The notes beneath the pieces were generated by a model. That model had not been told where the DNA came from. It saw only the letters and a program-made list of their open reading frames with translations, and ran no database searches. This document shows positions 49,316 to 61,808 of a DNA stretch of 64,000 bases, in pieces. The stretch covers positions 1,364,001 through 1,428,000 of the forward strand of contig JAYWIR010000005.1 in assembly GCA_036172245.1 (NCBI GenBank). The letters run 5' to 3'. How positions within the stretch are numbered: position 1 is the first letter of the stretch; every line of letters starts with the position of its first letter. The translations under genes were made by a program, and so were the position numbers. This stretch comes from Raillietiella orientalis. Lineage: Eukaryota.

Positions 49316-52191
49316 CTATAATTCTTCGCCTATCTTATTGTGTAATCATTAAGCACAATTCATAACAATGAAGCAGGCTATCAAGTCAAGATAATGAAAT
49401 TTGCAAATCAATGAGAAAGAACTGAAATATATGGTGTATTTGTTTTTCACTGGAAAATTCGTGCTTCACACGAAGAATTACTTAGGAACTGCATTTATAA
49501 AATATGTATTGCGCCACAACATTAAGGATTCAACACAACATGAAGATTAAAGTAGAGCATAAAATTTGGATGGTTTATCTTTACGTGCAAGCTTCCAAAA
49601 CCAAACAAGGCTTGGGTAGCTTATTTTTAAAGATGAAATTTTTTTACTAAAATTTTTGGAAGCTCGTTAAGTAAATCGTGAAAAACTGTTACGCGTGATT
49701 ATGAAATCCTAATTAAAGATTCCTGATTGCTCAATCTGCACATACTTTGGCAATCGGTATCTTACGTCAATTTTTGCTGAATTTGCTTGCTTTGCAAGTG
49801 TTTCGAAAGGTAATGATTTCTCCTTATGATAGGGAAAACAGCATCTTTGTATCCAGTATTTTAAACTTTGAACAAAATAAAATAAAACCGTTGTGCTTTT
49901 TTGCCATTTTTGGGGTCTTCAACAGGTGTAATGTCAGAAAATGCCACATTTTTAACAGATTTGGTGCTCATGGAAAATACCAAAGCACAGCGCAATTGGT
50001 CTTTCCCAAACTTTTTTCCTGAATAGATTGAAGATTTTATTTTTTAATATTATCAACAAGATAAGTAACCCTGTTACGGTATTATAGAATTATTGACAGA
50101 ACGTTCATTTAAAAGTAATTATTAAAAAAAAAAAAACTTTCGAAAGGAAGATCTCAAAATGTCTCAAATTAGATAGTAGTTCTATGAAATAATGATCACA
50201 GCAGGTCTAAGTTCAATTTTAGAGATTACCGTCATAGCTTGAGTTAGTACAATTCACAAGCCAAGCATTATTTGGACTACAAAATTCTCGTAAGTGGAGG
50301 ATGAAGACTGAATAAAGAAGAAATGTAAATTCAACAGCAGTGCAGATATCTCTGTCTGGCAAAGCTTCAGATCTCGCAAATGCATAATCAATGTTTACTT
50401 GCCAGACTCTACTAGAATACATGAATTGTTTATATCAAACTTTTCCATTTCAGCTACCCCTTTCAAGGGCTAGTCTTCAAGAAAAGAGGTGCAAGACCAT
50501 GTCTATTGGGAAGATGACTGAAAACACATCCATCTCTAGCCCAACAAAGAATATCTATTTATGAATAGTCAAAAAGAAAAGCACACAGTCACCTTAATTG
50601 AAGAATTTATTACACAATCATTATTACTGATCAATACTTGTTGGTTTTTGGCGAGCAATGAAAGTACTTCAGAAGATAGTGAGCTGTTATTATTATCTGA
50701 GCACTAGAACCAATGCCCAGTGTTGAGCAGGTAGCAAGCCCATAACAGGAAAAAAATTGGGAAAAGTTTCTGATATGCAATTTCTGAGCAGAGAACACCT
50801 CCAGCTGCAAGATTGTGCTTGGTTCTCTTAGCCATCACTGGCATACGGCAGATGCACAATAACAGCAAATCCTTGAGAAAAATATCACCTTGCTGTGGAG
50901 GCTTTGCGGTAGCAGGAAAAAAAACTAGTTAACTTGCAGCCCCAAATATTGCCAGCACCGTTTCCATTTTGTGGTTCTGGTCCCTTACATGAATTTTTGG
51001 AGATCCTAGTTGCAAGAGATGCTTCTTCCGTAGCCGACCGCCAACTTTCGGTTCTCGGCCGGTCCACGTAAGATGGTTTTTTTCCTGGGATGCTGAGCAT
51101 TTCCGGGTATCTGAAATTTTCATCGCAACTTTTTCAATCGGTTTATCGTAAGTTCTGTGCATCCCCTTCGGGAACCACGGAAACCCCGAGTGAAAACTTT
51201 AGGGGGTGAAACAGAAAAGGGTTGTTCCCCATGGAGGCGGTCATGATCCCCCAAGGTGGCTCCACAGAAAGGGTCGTTTAAAGTGAGGAGGCATCAGCTC
51301 TGTCTCAATGAATTTGCCCGTTATTATGAGGTTTTGATTTTCCTTTTCGAGAACTTTGTAACTTTAATTACGATCGCTTTGTTTTTTGTGCGGAGTGGTA
51401 CACATTTTTTTTTTTTAAAAAAGTTGATCATTCTATGGGTGCCCTTTGCATTCATTCAGGTACTCCTATAAATAAATAAAGCAAATGAAGCCGAAGCTCT
51501 AAATCCCTGTTTATGTAAATGCTAAATGTCTTTCTTTAATTCCAATTTTTAGGTAGTTCAGTATGAAGTAGCTGACCTTTGCAATCACAAAGAACAAAAA
51601 AACTTTAGCCTTTTTGGGGTATACACATTCCTGTAATACTTAAATATCGGAATTAGATTAATATGATAAATAGCAATAAATTCTGAAGTATTGTAGAGTT
51701 CTCTCACAAAATGAATTTTTTTGTTTTGTGACGAAAGTGTTTGGTGCTCGGGTGTGTGAAAATGACAGGTGTGTGTAAGTTTCTAATTTTCCTTGAAGGT
51801 TTGTTTTAATATGGATCTCGGAGAGTAGTGGTTTATTCACTATTCGCTTCCTAATTACCTACTGTCAGCCAGTTTGTAGCAAAGAGTAGTGTAGTATATG
51901 TAATAGGTATTTGAAATCAAATTAGCGTGATCGGTAAACCCCTAAAATGGAAGTAGAATTGAAAAATTTACTGCATTTGCTTGCTGCTCCGAAAATTCTT
52001 TATCATAATTTATCCCCATTTTTTATCATCATATTGATGATATGTATGTTATCATTTGCAAATATCTAGATTAAAGCCCTAATTCCAGATGAGATATGTA
52101 CTTGATTGCTGTTTGTGCTGTTTCTTTTGAGAAAAAAGGAAAATTAACTACCTCAGTTTAATGTTAATTATGGAGTTTAAACTCGATTAGA

Positions 52192-53332
52192 ATGGTCAAA
52201 CAAGTGGTTGAATTCTTCAGTGGAATAGGTGGCATGCATTATGCTTTAAACAGTAATGTAACATTTAAGTGGCATGTAACTGCCCTTTCAGCCAGTCATA
52301 ACTGAAATAAAAACGTAATTTTTAGAATCGCAAGTGGATGCAACTGTTGTAGCAGCTTTTGAAATCAGTAATGTTGCTAATCAAGTGTATAGTAGGAACT
52401 TCAATTCAGATATTGTCAAGCAGATTAATTTAGAATCTCTAACTGTAGAAAAGCTTCAACATTTGAAACCAGATGTACTTTTACTTAGTCCACCATGTCA
52501 ACCATTTACCAGGTTTTTTGTTTCATTTTTATTTCCGGCAGTGTCATTTCATCTGTTCCCAGAACAGGTTTGAAGAGAGATATACATGATAACAGATGTA
52601 AAGCTTTTACAAATATCTTATATTTGTTAAAGCTCTTGCAGCCTAAACCAAAATATCTATTTTTGGAGAATGTACAAGGTTTTGAAGAATCTGAAGCTTG
52701 CTTGCAGTTGTTGCAGGTACTGCAGAAGTGCAAGTATCATGTGCAAGAATTCATATTGTGTTCTACTCAACTGGGATTTCCCAATTCTCGCTTACGTTAT
52801 TATCTGTTAGCTCATTGGGATTCTTCAAAAGAACCTCAGCATCAACAAGTAACAAACAACACCAAAGAACCCATTTATTGGTTATTTCTGCTTTGTAGTT
52901 AAGGAAACAGTTTCCTGTTCTTGTAAATCATGTGATGCAATCACATATTAGTGATTATCTAGTGGAAAATGCAGAAGACAAATATTTTTTATGTCCTGAA
53001 ACAATTGACCATTATGGAAATGCCATGGATGTGGTGGAATCCCATGATCAACATTCCTGTTGTTTTACTCGCTCTTATGGTCATTATATCAAAGGTACTG
53101 GGTCGATTTTACGTACAGAAAATGGACGACTCCGTTACTTTACACCACGAGAAGTTGCCAATTTGCTAGGTTTTTCATCAGATTTTGGTAAATACTTTTC
53201 CCGGCACACTGTTTCTATGTCTCTGTAGTGCTTCCAGAACTCAACACCCGCCAACAATATCAGTTATTAGGCAATAGCTTGAATGTTGGTGTTGTGGCAG
53301 TCCTTTTGAATTATTTATTAAATTGCTGTTGA
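52192..53332 (+). CDS. TRDMT1: tRNA (cytosine-38-C5) methyltransferase DNMT2; exons 52192-52252, 52326-52512, 52563-52848, 52899-53187, 53229-53332
   Basis: C5-MTase motifs EFFSGIGGMHYAL, SPPCQPFTR, LENVQGF, PNSRLRYY, LRYFTPREVANLLGF and LLGNSLNV, plus the DNMT2-diagnostic CFT (CCFTRSYGHYIKGTGS). Confidence 0.95.
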
Positions 53333-53649
53333 AGTTTATTTCTTTGGCATTAGATGCATGAATATGCTGACAAGGAGCAATGTGAGAGGATCTTAAAGCC
53401 AGTTTTTTTCCTGATTATGCTGAACAATAGTTGTACAGTTAGCCTTGGTGTTATTTCAGATGCCCTGATGTATACTGCAATGGAATACAGAATGGATATT
53501 GTACAACAATAAAAACGTGCCTGATTATGGTAACTTTTTGGAGAGCATTTTAATGATTTCAAATTGGTCATTCCTGTATAAGTGTAGCATTGTGATTAGC
53601 CCTGGTGTGACACCCTTATTTTTTAAAATGGGTTGTAACATCTGGTTGT

Positions 53650-54065
53650 TTTATGATAGTGAAAAGTACTGAAAAGGATTTAAGTAAATAATAAGAAAGT
53701 ACTCAGGTTAACTAACTTGGGTACTTTCTTTTGTATCAGAGTAAAATAAATTAAAAATTTATATTTAATGTTCGAATGTTTATGAGTTAAATAAAGTGAT
53801 TGCTATGCGTGATAAAGTATAGTTGAATTTTATTTGGAGGTGATATGCTGACAAATTAACATTTCTAATTAATAGGTAATGGAGCAGGGATAACCTTGTT
53901 TTTTTTGTAAATGTAAGATAATAATGATAAGTTATGGGCTTAGAGGTAGAGGGTTTTAATACTAAGTTAATATTGATTTTTAAAATATTATATAAATGAA
54001 ATGTAATTAATAATAATTTATGTGAAATAACGTTTTAATTAGTAAGAATGTTGAATAAGATTAAG
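53650..54065 (+). pseudogene. rrnL: Probable NUMT: degenerate 5' part of mitochondrial large-subunit (16S) rRNA
   Basis: Very AT-rich, C-poor island with collinear motifs I recall from arthropod mt 16S: agtactgaaaagga, cttttgtatcagagt, tcgaa..gagttaa, gaggtgatatgc, gggataa, ggcttaga and aattagta. Confidence 0.6.
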
Positions 54066-57000
54066 TTGTGAATGTGCAGCTATTTTCTTTTTTCTCGAAA
54101 GAACCCATTGCATGTTTGAGTAACTGAAGTACCAGCATTTTTTGCTTCTTTTCTCCGTTAAAAGTTCCGCAGGTTTCTTGCTTGCAGTCTTCAAAATAGT
54201 TGTCTCAGTTCTCATGCAGTTTGAAGCAAAAATCTGTTCTGATGCTTCTGTTGTTTAATCACCTGCTTTCATGCCCTAAAAGAGTTTGCAGAATTCCCAA
54301 TCAATAGGAATCGTTTTGAGTCATCAACTTGCACTGCCATCATGGAAATCTGGTTATGGAATGTACGTTGAATCTTTACATATGACAGCTACAGGCAATC
54401 GTTGCCACTGTCTGCAAATTCTGTCATAGAGAGAGAAATAAAGAGGAAAGACCGAATCGAATCATTGTTAATAAACACGTTTCTTGAAACGGTTCATGAG
54501 GGCATCTTGTATTCCCATGATCTGTACTAGAAGCCCAGAATGTTCTGCTTTCTGAAGCTGTTACATTGTTTTGTGAGGACAAGAAAGAATCTAAAGCGAG
54601 CATTCACTATAGCTGGAGAAATCAAAAAAGCACTGCCAAAAGACATCCAAGCTGTTTCCGCAGCATGGGCATCCCGTTCCCCTGAGACAGGCTCGTTTCT
54701 GTGGCCAATTCAAAGCTGCTGTTCGTTGTTACTTTGATGCTGGCTCATTGGTATGGCAGTTTCTTTTGTAGGTATGCCCTCAGATGCTAACCATCATTTG
54801 TGGCCACACAAATCCACAGTTTGTGCATTAGCATTATTGTTCCGCTGAAAAATAAGACTCCATCATGGTCACATCTTTTGCCATCTTTTGCCTCTGTGGT
54901 GTTTTTGTTGTCAGCATCCTGCATTTCTTCATGGATTATGTGGAGCTCATCTTTTAGTCTTCTACAGTCTCTTGGTCTGGGAGTAGGACACAATGTGCGT
55001 GCTTGTCAGACAATATGTAATATTGTTTAGTTTCTGCAAGATCACTGAAAACCAGCAAGATTTGTACACTTCTATAATCAGTAAATTCCAAGCTGTTGAA
55101 GGCCGAATGCAGGTCTGAACGTTAATTTTCAGATGCTCCTCTGAGATGGCCAAGTCAAAGAAATTGAGAAACTGCGTGCAGCTGCAAACTAACGCAAACA
55201 TTTCATGGCGAACGCGTGTTGAAAAGGCATCTGTTGAAAGAGATGATATTACACCAAAGACGACATTGATCCCATTAGATGCAGGAAACTGTAAGCCCAA
55301 GACTTCATTTTGAATTTTATGGAGTCGTAAAGGAACTGGATTCAAGTGCTTCAACATCTAATCCAGCCCCTGGCCACAACTTTGATGAAACTTGTGTTCC
55401 CAATATCATCTTTAGATCAAGCACAAGGTAGCTTAAATAACGTTAAAGAAAAACAAGGTTTGCCATCACCGGGATTCCATGAATAGAAAATTCATAATGT
55501 AACTACTTTCGTTCTCATCAAAGCATTTAAACAAATGTTATCAGTGATACGTTCTATTTAGGGACCATAGATTTTGCCAGAGAATCGGATCTTTTTAATA
55601 TGCACTTTGAATCCTCGTATCAAAATGCACCGAACGTCGAAAAGCACGATGCTGAGAGTAACTTCATGTGAAGCTTTTTTGTTTTCCTTTGGCTTCCCTG
55701 AAACCGTGTGAAAACTACGCGGAATCGGTGGTGACCATGGACAGCATGCTTTCCGGGGCAACATGCCAACCATCTATGTGGCTCGAGGCAGGCAAACATC
55801 AGATGCGGCGGATCATGTAATCTCCGCTGTCGAACAGACCACACTTGATTTCTATTCCGTGGAAACGCTGCTGACATCTGAGTCAAGAGCGTGGTCTCAA
55901 GGTGCAGTTTGCACATAAGCACAACGAACTTGGTGGAGCAAGTGATTAATACACTAACACTTCATTTCCGTCCCCGACGCAAATACTGGACGCTGCATTC
56001 TCAAATAATGAAGTACGTCAGGAACGAGCAACTCTTGATATTCATCGATCAAGGGTTGCGTTTTTGACCAATTCCTTGTATCCCTGTTAACTGTCAATAC
56101 TGTTGCACGAGCTATAAGAAGGGAAATGTGCAATGTTAGGCGGAGCACAAGCTTAAACCCATGTATGCATGGCTCTATCTGAAAAAAAGGAGGATCTCGG
56201 AATGATGCACAAAGAAATGGATAAGGTTCAGCCTGGAAGAAAAATGAATGGATTAGACATGTTGGTAGATGTAACTTTTAAGACAAACGGCGTACCCTGA
56301 GCGAATGAAAGACCAAGAATTCCAATTTGAAGCGAGGTATTGATTGCAATGTGTTTAGGATCTGCTTGCTCAGAATCTTTGAACGATGTCATCAGTTTCA
56401 TTTCTTTCATTCTACTTCCTCCCTTTTCAGCCTTTAACATTCTCTTCGTGTCTTTTGTTGCGGCCAGCTTAGCTGAGGCGAAAGACAGAAAGAAACATAC
56501 ACGATAGCTTATGTTCCTGGAACCATTAGGAGTGAAGATCTTGTTCCGGTCTATAAAGGAGCAAACTTACATGGAAACAGAAGAGATGTCAAGTTGCCAA
56601 TGGATCTCGGGAACGAGCATTTAGTTCTCTGCAGAGTGTCTTTCCTCCCCATGATAGCTGATGCTCCAGGGAAGCATGAAAGAACAGGACTCCTGTTATG
56701 TTTCCCTCAAATAGAATTCCATCAAGAAAAGAGAATAATGCCCTCAGGAGATGAACTGCTTAACTTTTCCTTAAGCATGAAGTTCTAGTCGAGTGAACAG
56801 TGAGATTTAGACTGTGAAGTCCAGCGTATTCTCAGCGGCTCCAGCTTCGGAGAGCAGTCCCTCTGCTCTCCTTCTTTCCATCCAGCAGCTCCTGTTTCTC
56901 TATCGAACTCCTTCGTCGGTGCGCTCGTTTACTCTTCCCACCACTTTTGGTCTGATCATACTCCTCGTTCTCTCATTCCCTCTCCTCTTATTCATATCTT

Positions 57001-57949
57001 ACCACATCCTCTGCACAGCTCTGCCTTCCATTCTCCTGCATCCTTTACCGATTCCTGCCACTTAATCCGCTCCCTTTGTCGTTCTTACGATTTGCATTGA
57101 GGCTGTGCACTTAGTCGCTCTCGATCCGCTGGTGCTTGAAGGGATGCTGTGGCTTCAACAACTAGTGGAAACACTAGTGGCTGGAGAGCCATTGTGGTAT
57201 CATTGGAAGAACACCAGGAGGAGGGCTCTTAAGTCCTTTTTTTCGGAAAAGCTGCCTAACTAGTTCCTGCGCCGACACCGCTCATTTCACACGGTGCCAG
57301 CACAGGCTGCGGATGGGGCATTCAGTGGCGCTCCGCTGCAGCTCATCCACGCTGCTGGCATCCGAGCCGGAGATAAGATTGGGTCGAAACGGAGATAGCA
57401 TTGCAACTTTTGATGATGCTTTCGGAAGCACAGAAGTCACCACAGCGGTATCCACCTCGTAAGTGGCTACACAGAATGATAGAAGTAAGACCATCCTGAA
57501 ACGAACGCACACGCCAAAGCCATCTTGCATCACTTGCTGCAACTGTCGTTCAAGAACTAGTTACGTGGCTTTCCCGGAATGTTTGGTGCAGCGAAACGAT
57601 TCTGGAGTCTGGAAAAGGAGTTCTGTGTTGCAGAAGAGTAGTCAGTCTGCCTTCAAAAGGTTGAGATGGCTCTCGGTCCGTTCCTGGATTTTGTCTTGTT
57701 GGGACGGGCTACCATCTAGAATACTTTTTTCGCTTCCTTCCTCCGACATTTGTTTTTTGTTTGTCCGTCCCCTTATTCGGGCGCAGGGTCTCCTTAAGAA
57801 AGGTCTGTGGAGCGGCGCAAGTTCCCGTACTCTTCTGAGAGAATTGATGGCGCCGCGCCAGGATTCTGGCTTGGGCATCTTGATGATCCAGAAGATCGGA
57901 CTGCAGGCGCAGCTCCGTCTATTGATACTGTGTGCCAAATTGTAGACCT

Positions 57950-59128
57950 TGCTTTTCTGCCTCATCCTTCGGCGATGGACTTCTTTCATTGCTGGAGCGC
58001 AGCCGTCACAGTATAACGGGATTCGACTTTCCCCGGAGGCAATTATCTTTACTCTTGAAAGTTCATCCTTGAATCTCCTGCTTCCCGAAAAATTCGCACG
58101 CCTTGTGTTCAGAGGCACTGAAGTCCTGGACTGCTACTCTACATGTGCGTAAAGAGAAACTTTTTCCCCTGAGGAAACTCTTCTGCATATCCCGGGAGAC
58201 AAACTGCAGGATGGGCGCAGTTGCTCCGTCTGACCATCACACCTCGTGCCACAGCACTCTGTGCTAAGGGCAAATGATCAAAGCAGCCTACCAACTAGGT
58301 GGAGGTTTTCCTGCACTATTGAAAGAATTACGAAGCTCCTGGATGGCTGGAAGATGAGTGAGTTGGTGGACGGTGCCATTCCTAGTTCCCAGGCAAATGG
58401 ACTCCTTCGGTAGGGTGACTCCCAGAATTACACGTAGTCTGACCCTTGTGGGTAGACACAACGGTGCACCCGTTGCAATGAAAACGGAATGTTCTTCTGT
58501 TTCTGCACTGGAGCTTGCAGTGCAACCAGAGAAGGCATCTGGTTTACAGGGATGTTGCCTCCTAGGACTGTTTAAGGAGAAGGGGAGCAATGGTATCGTT
58601 CACGCACCTCTTGAGAGGCCCTCGAGGAATTCTGGAGGCTGTATTTGGCGCTCCGCCATTCGGAGTACACCGCCACGGACCTGCTGTGGCTTTTTTTCGC
58701 GTGTGGCGGACTTTCGGACCGCACTGTAATCGCAGCGAGGTGTTGCATCTGCGCCATTGGCACAGCCCGCGGCGTACTAAAGCTCCGAGTGCAGGGAAGG
58801 GAGGCCGTCTGCACGGCAGCTGCCTTGATGAGGACGACTTCCAGGTGGCTTCGCCTCCAAGAAGCTTCCAGAGAGATCGCCAGCATCCAGCTCCAGGAAG
58901 AAACGAGTGAGTGGATGACACCAAAGACCCCCCATCCCATCTCCTTCTTTTGATTCTTTATTGTCCCCTCTCTCCCGCTCTCGACTTGCTTAAAAGTCGG
59001 TCTGCATGTCCGCGGTCATTTCTTGCGAATTTATGTTTTGTTGCTGTTGTTTTCCGGGAACTCGGTTCCCAATGATTAGTAGGTTTATTTATGTTTAGAT
59101 GAATGTCCCGGAGTCACCAGTTAAGACC
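57950..59128 (+). mobile_element. Unknown ORF-bearing repeat family, copy A (decayed)
   Basis: Across stops and frameshifts it reads ..LQDG..KLLDGWKMSELVDGAIP..NGLLR*GD..GPRGIL..AARCCICAIG..GREAVC..LMRTTSRW..EIASI. Then a T-rich tract, a hairpin at 59056-59070 and the terminal motif atgaatgtcccggagtcaccagttaagacc. Confidence 0.6.
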
Positions 59129-59559
59129 GAGAAAGGGGTGAGAGGCGATAAGAAAACAGAGGTTATCCGGCACAAGGCGGACGGAGTCCCAAGAAGGCGG
59201 AGTGGGGAGGACACACCGCGCAAAGAGGGAGATGGGAGCATGACAAATGGAGCGAGCAGGACGCGCAGAGATATGCGGACGGGAAGCTTGATGGCAAGCG
59301 ATGCTGCACGTCAGAATCGTCGCGCCATACTGACAATAAAGCACGAAACGCGTCGGCCATCGCCGCTCCCTGCCTCAAAAACGATCGAGCGCTACGCAGT
59401 AGTGCCACTCTTACCACCTTCTCTGTACAGTCAATCACTTTCTGCTCGCCTTGCCCTAACCCTGAACAAGTGCTTCTCACTGCAAACCATCCGCTTACAC
59501 GCCCTAGGCGCCACGCTTGTTGCTGGCACGTGGCCGCTCTGTCCTTGCGTAGTCCGTTA

Positions 59560-60213
59560 AACTGCAGCCTGCCACCATCGCTTCGCTTGGCTACAAAAGT
59601 TTTGGGTTCTCACGCCAAGTGTCCTATGTAGCGTGTCAAGAAGTCTCACCTCGACGCCGATTCTGATGATCGTCTAGCGAAGACCCTTAGAATTCCGATG
59701 GGTGGCCCCAGGGGCATCTTCAAACACCTTTTCGTGCTTGCCTCACTGTTGCCGCCCTCATCCCTCACAGTTCACTGTTGTCTTCTGCGGTATAATGGTG
59801 GCCTGGAACTCAGGAAGACGAGACCAGAATGGAAGGGGCTCCATACACAGGACGAAAATCTTCTTGAGGACCGCCACGACATGGCCCCACCGGGGCAACA
59901 TCCCGAAGGAACTTCTCGCCAGCATCCTGGGTAGTTTGCAGAGAACGTCTGTAAACTATCCAGCGAACAGTGGTCCCTTCTCCAATCTTCTTTTCTCCCC
60001 TCGAAAGACCTCTCTTTCCTTTTTTGTTTCTTTATTTTTGTTTTCGGTTCTCCCTTCCCCTTCGCTGCTGAACTGGACCTCGCCAATCCGCGTAAGGGGA
60101 GATTCGCAGCTTCACTGTTTTTTTTTGTTTAGGACTTGTAGGACCAAGAGTCCTACTAGAAATGGCTGTTTATTATTTTTAAAATAGATGCCCCGGAAAA
60201 ACCTGGTGAGAAG
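59560..60213 (+). mobile_element. Unknown ORF-bearing repeat family, copy B (decayed; 5' limit uncertain)
   Basis: TLRIPMGGPRGIFKHLF..VHCCL/GIMVAWNSGRRDQNGRGSI..FLRTATTW..ELLASILGSLQRT. T-tract at about 60010-60050, hairpin at 60138-60156, terminal motif at 60187-60213. Confidence 0.6.
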
Positions 60214-60227
60214 CCTCGACGTCGAAT

Positions 60228-60975
60228 TTCTCATCTGGTTGAGGCGGAGCGTTTATTGTATTCAATAAACATACAAGGGTAGTGGCAGGACTGTCGGTCG
60301 CATCACGTCCACTGATCTATGAAACTGTAGAAACCGGCGAGGAACGCCTCGACATCAGTAGGGAGGGGAGCAAACAAAAACAAAAATAAAGCAAAAAACA
60401 AATATGAAGGAAAAAAAGGAAAGAAATTTTGGAGGTCTCGGGAAGGGATCATTGCCTGCTTTTGAGCGTCCTCTGAATCCATTCAAGGATGCCGAGCAGT
60501 TCGGGCTGCATGCTTCCCAGACGGGTTCATCTCGTTGCTAGGAAACGGGCAGCAAAGTAAATGGTGTTCCTGCCGTTCTCGTCTCCTCTCTCGGCAGCGC
60601 TTCGGGCGGCCACAATCCCACGTAGGCAGCCAAGAGCTCGTAGGGATGCGGCAAGCGGTTGGGTATCAGGTGCGAAGAGGCGTTTCAAAATGTCTCTGGG
60701 GTTGCTGTCCGGGATTCGAAGGGTAGACGGCAAAACGTTCCCTTAGGGCCGGAGGGCAACACTTCTACTATTGCATTGGGATTCCTCAATGCAGTAGTAG
60801 AAGCGCCGAATCCTGCCACTTGAGAGGGAAGGTGCCACTGTTCCAAAGCACTGAGAGCCACTTGAGATGTTCGCGGAGAATTCTCAGCAGGACCCCGAGC
60901 GCTTGAAATCATCCATCTCCCACCCAAGCATACACTCTACTGGAGAACGCTGCTAAGCAACTCCTCCCTTTTCCG
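60228..60975 (-). mobile_element. Unknown ORF-bearing repeat family, copy C (decayed)
   Basis: PLKWQDSALLLLH..TLRIPDSNPRDILKRLF..AASLRALGCLRGIVAA..GRNTIYFAARFL..LLGILEWIQRT. Clear nucleotide similarity between 60464-60762 and 62005-62299. Confidence 0.65.
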
Positions 60976-61479
60976 GTCACTTAACAGTGCAAGGCCCTTA
61001 TAGATTTCCTGTTTCCGTCCAGCAGTCTACGACCGGACGCCGACCATCATCTGGAAACTCGTGCAGCACGTGGCAAGGACGTGCCAAGAAAAAGGACGTG
61101 CATTTACTCCCTCCAGAGCAAAGCTTTCTGTCTTTGTTTTTAGCTTTTTTTTCTTCCCATTTCCGTTTCCTCCTCCCCCTTTTCTTTGTTTCTGTTTGTC
61201 CCTTTTATTGGCCTCTTTTGCTGTTTCTTCGTTGTCTTCTTACGTTTTTCCACGCACGATCATGCGTTTGCAGAAGGGTGACAATGGCAAGGCGACCTTT
61301 GCCATCTTGTGAGGCTCATCTCTTCGACTCATCAGTATGAACTTATAAAGCTTTCAGCTAATGTGCGGTCCCTGTGCTGTGCTCTTTGGATCTCCTAAGG
61401 AATGTTTCGCCAAGCTTGCTGATTGGTTGGCAGCATGTTCTAGAAAGCTGCTTTGTGTTCATAAAAAAAGAAATCACGA

Positions 61480-61808
61480 GTGCAGCGAAGTATGGAAGTC
61501 TGGAATCCAGTATTGCAACTTTGGAAGTGCGCTCAGAGGAACTACGGCCGCCACAGAATCTCCTACGTAAACCGCTGGGAGATCTGCTGCAGGATGGGAC
61601 GCAGCGGTCCCGAGTAGTCGTTTCACCCCTTGCCACACCACTATCTGCCCTTAGGGCAAGAAATGACAGCAGCCAACTGTCGGAGCGGGAGTTCTCCTGC
61701 AACATTGCATGAGTCGAGAAACTCCTGGACAGCCACAAGACGAGAGAGTTGGTGGACGGCGCCGCTCCTCGTTTCAGGGCAAAGGGACTCCTTCGATGAA
61801 GTGACCTG
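61480..61808 (+). mobile_element. Unknown ORF-bearing repeat family, copy E (internal fragment)
   Basis: ctgcaggatggg..gagttggtggacgg..ggactccttcg is shared with 58204-58409; it translates GDLLQDG..KLLDSHKTRELVDGAAP..KGLLR*SDLLG. Confidence 0.65.

Noticed and set aside
50200..51170. Small minus-strand gene between COPB2 and DNMT2
   Set aside because: Some splice-like sites, but no coherent ORF or recognisable product.
51230..51280. U1 snRNA-like stretch (catgatc..aaggtgg)
   Set aside because: Lacks the 5' ATACTTACCTG, the ATTGCAC loop and an Sm site.
36309..53332. Functional cluster of RNA methyltransferases (MePCE plus DNMT2)
   Set aside because: They are about 14 kb apart with unrelated sequence between; no shared regulation is visible and no 7SK or tRNA gene was seen.
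57280..58900. Ty3/Gypsy pol remnant on the - strand (GKSNPV, SPFRPN, ELRNSF look-alikes)
   Set aside because: No catalytic RT or integrase motifs. The same DNA aligns with copies E and F of the unknown family when read on the + strand (KGLLR..G motif).
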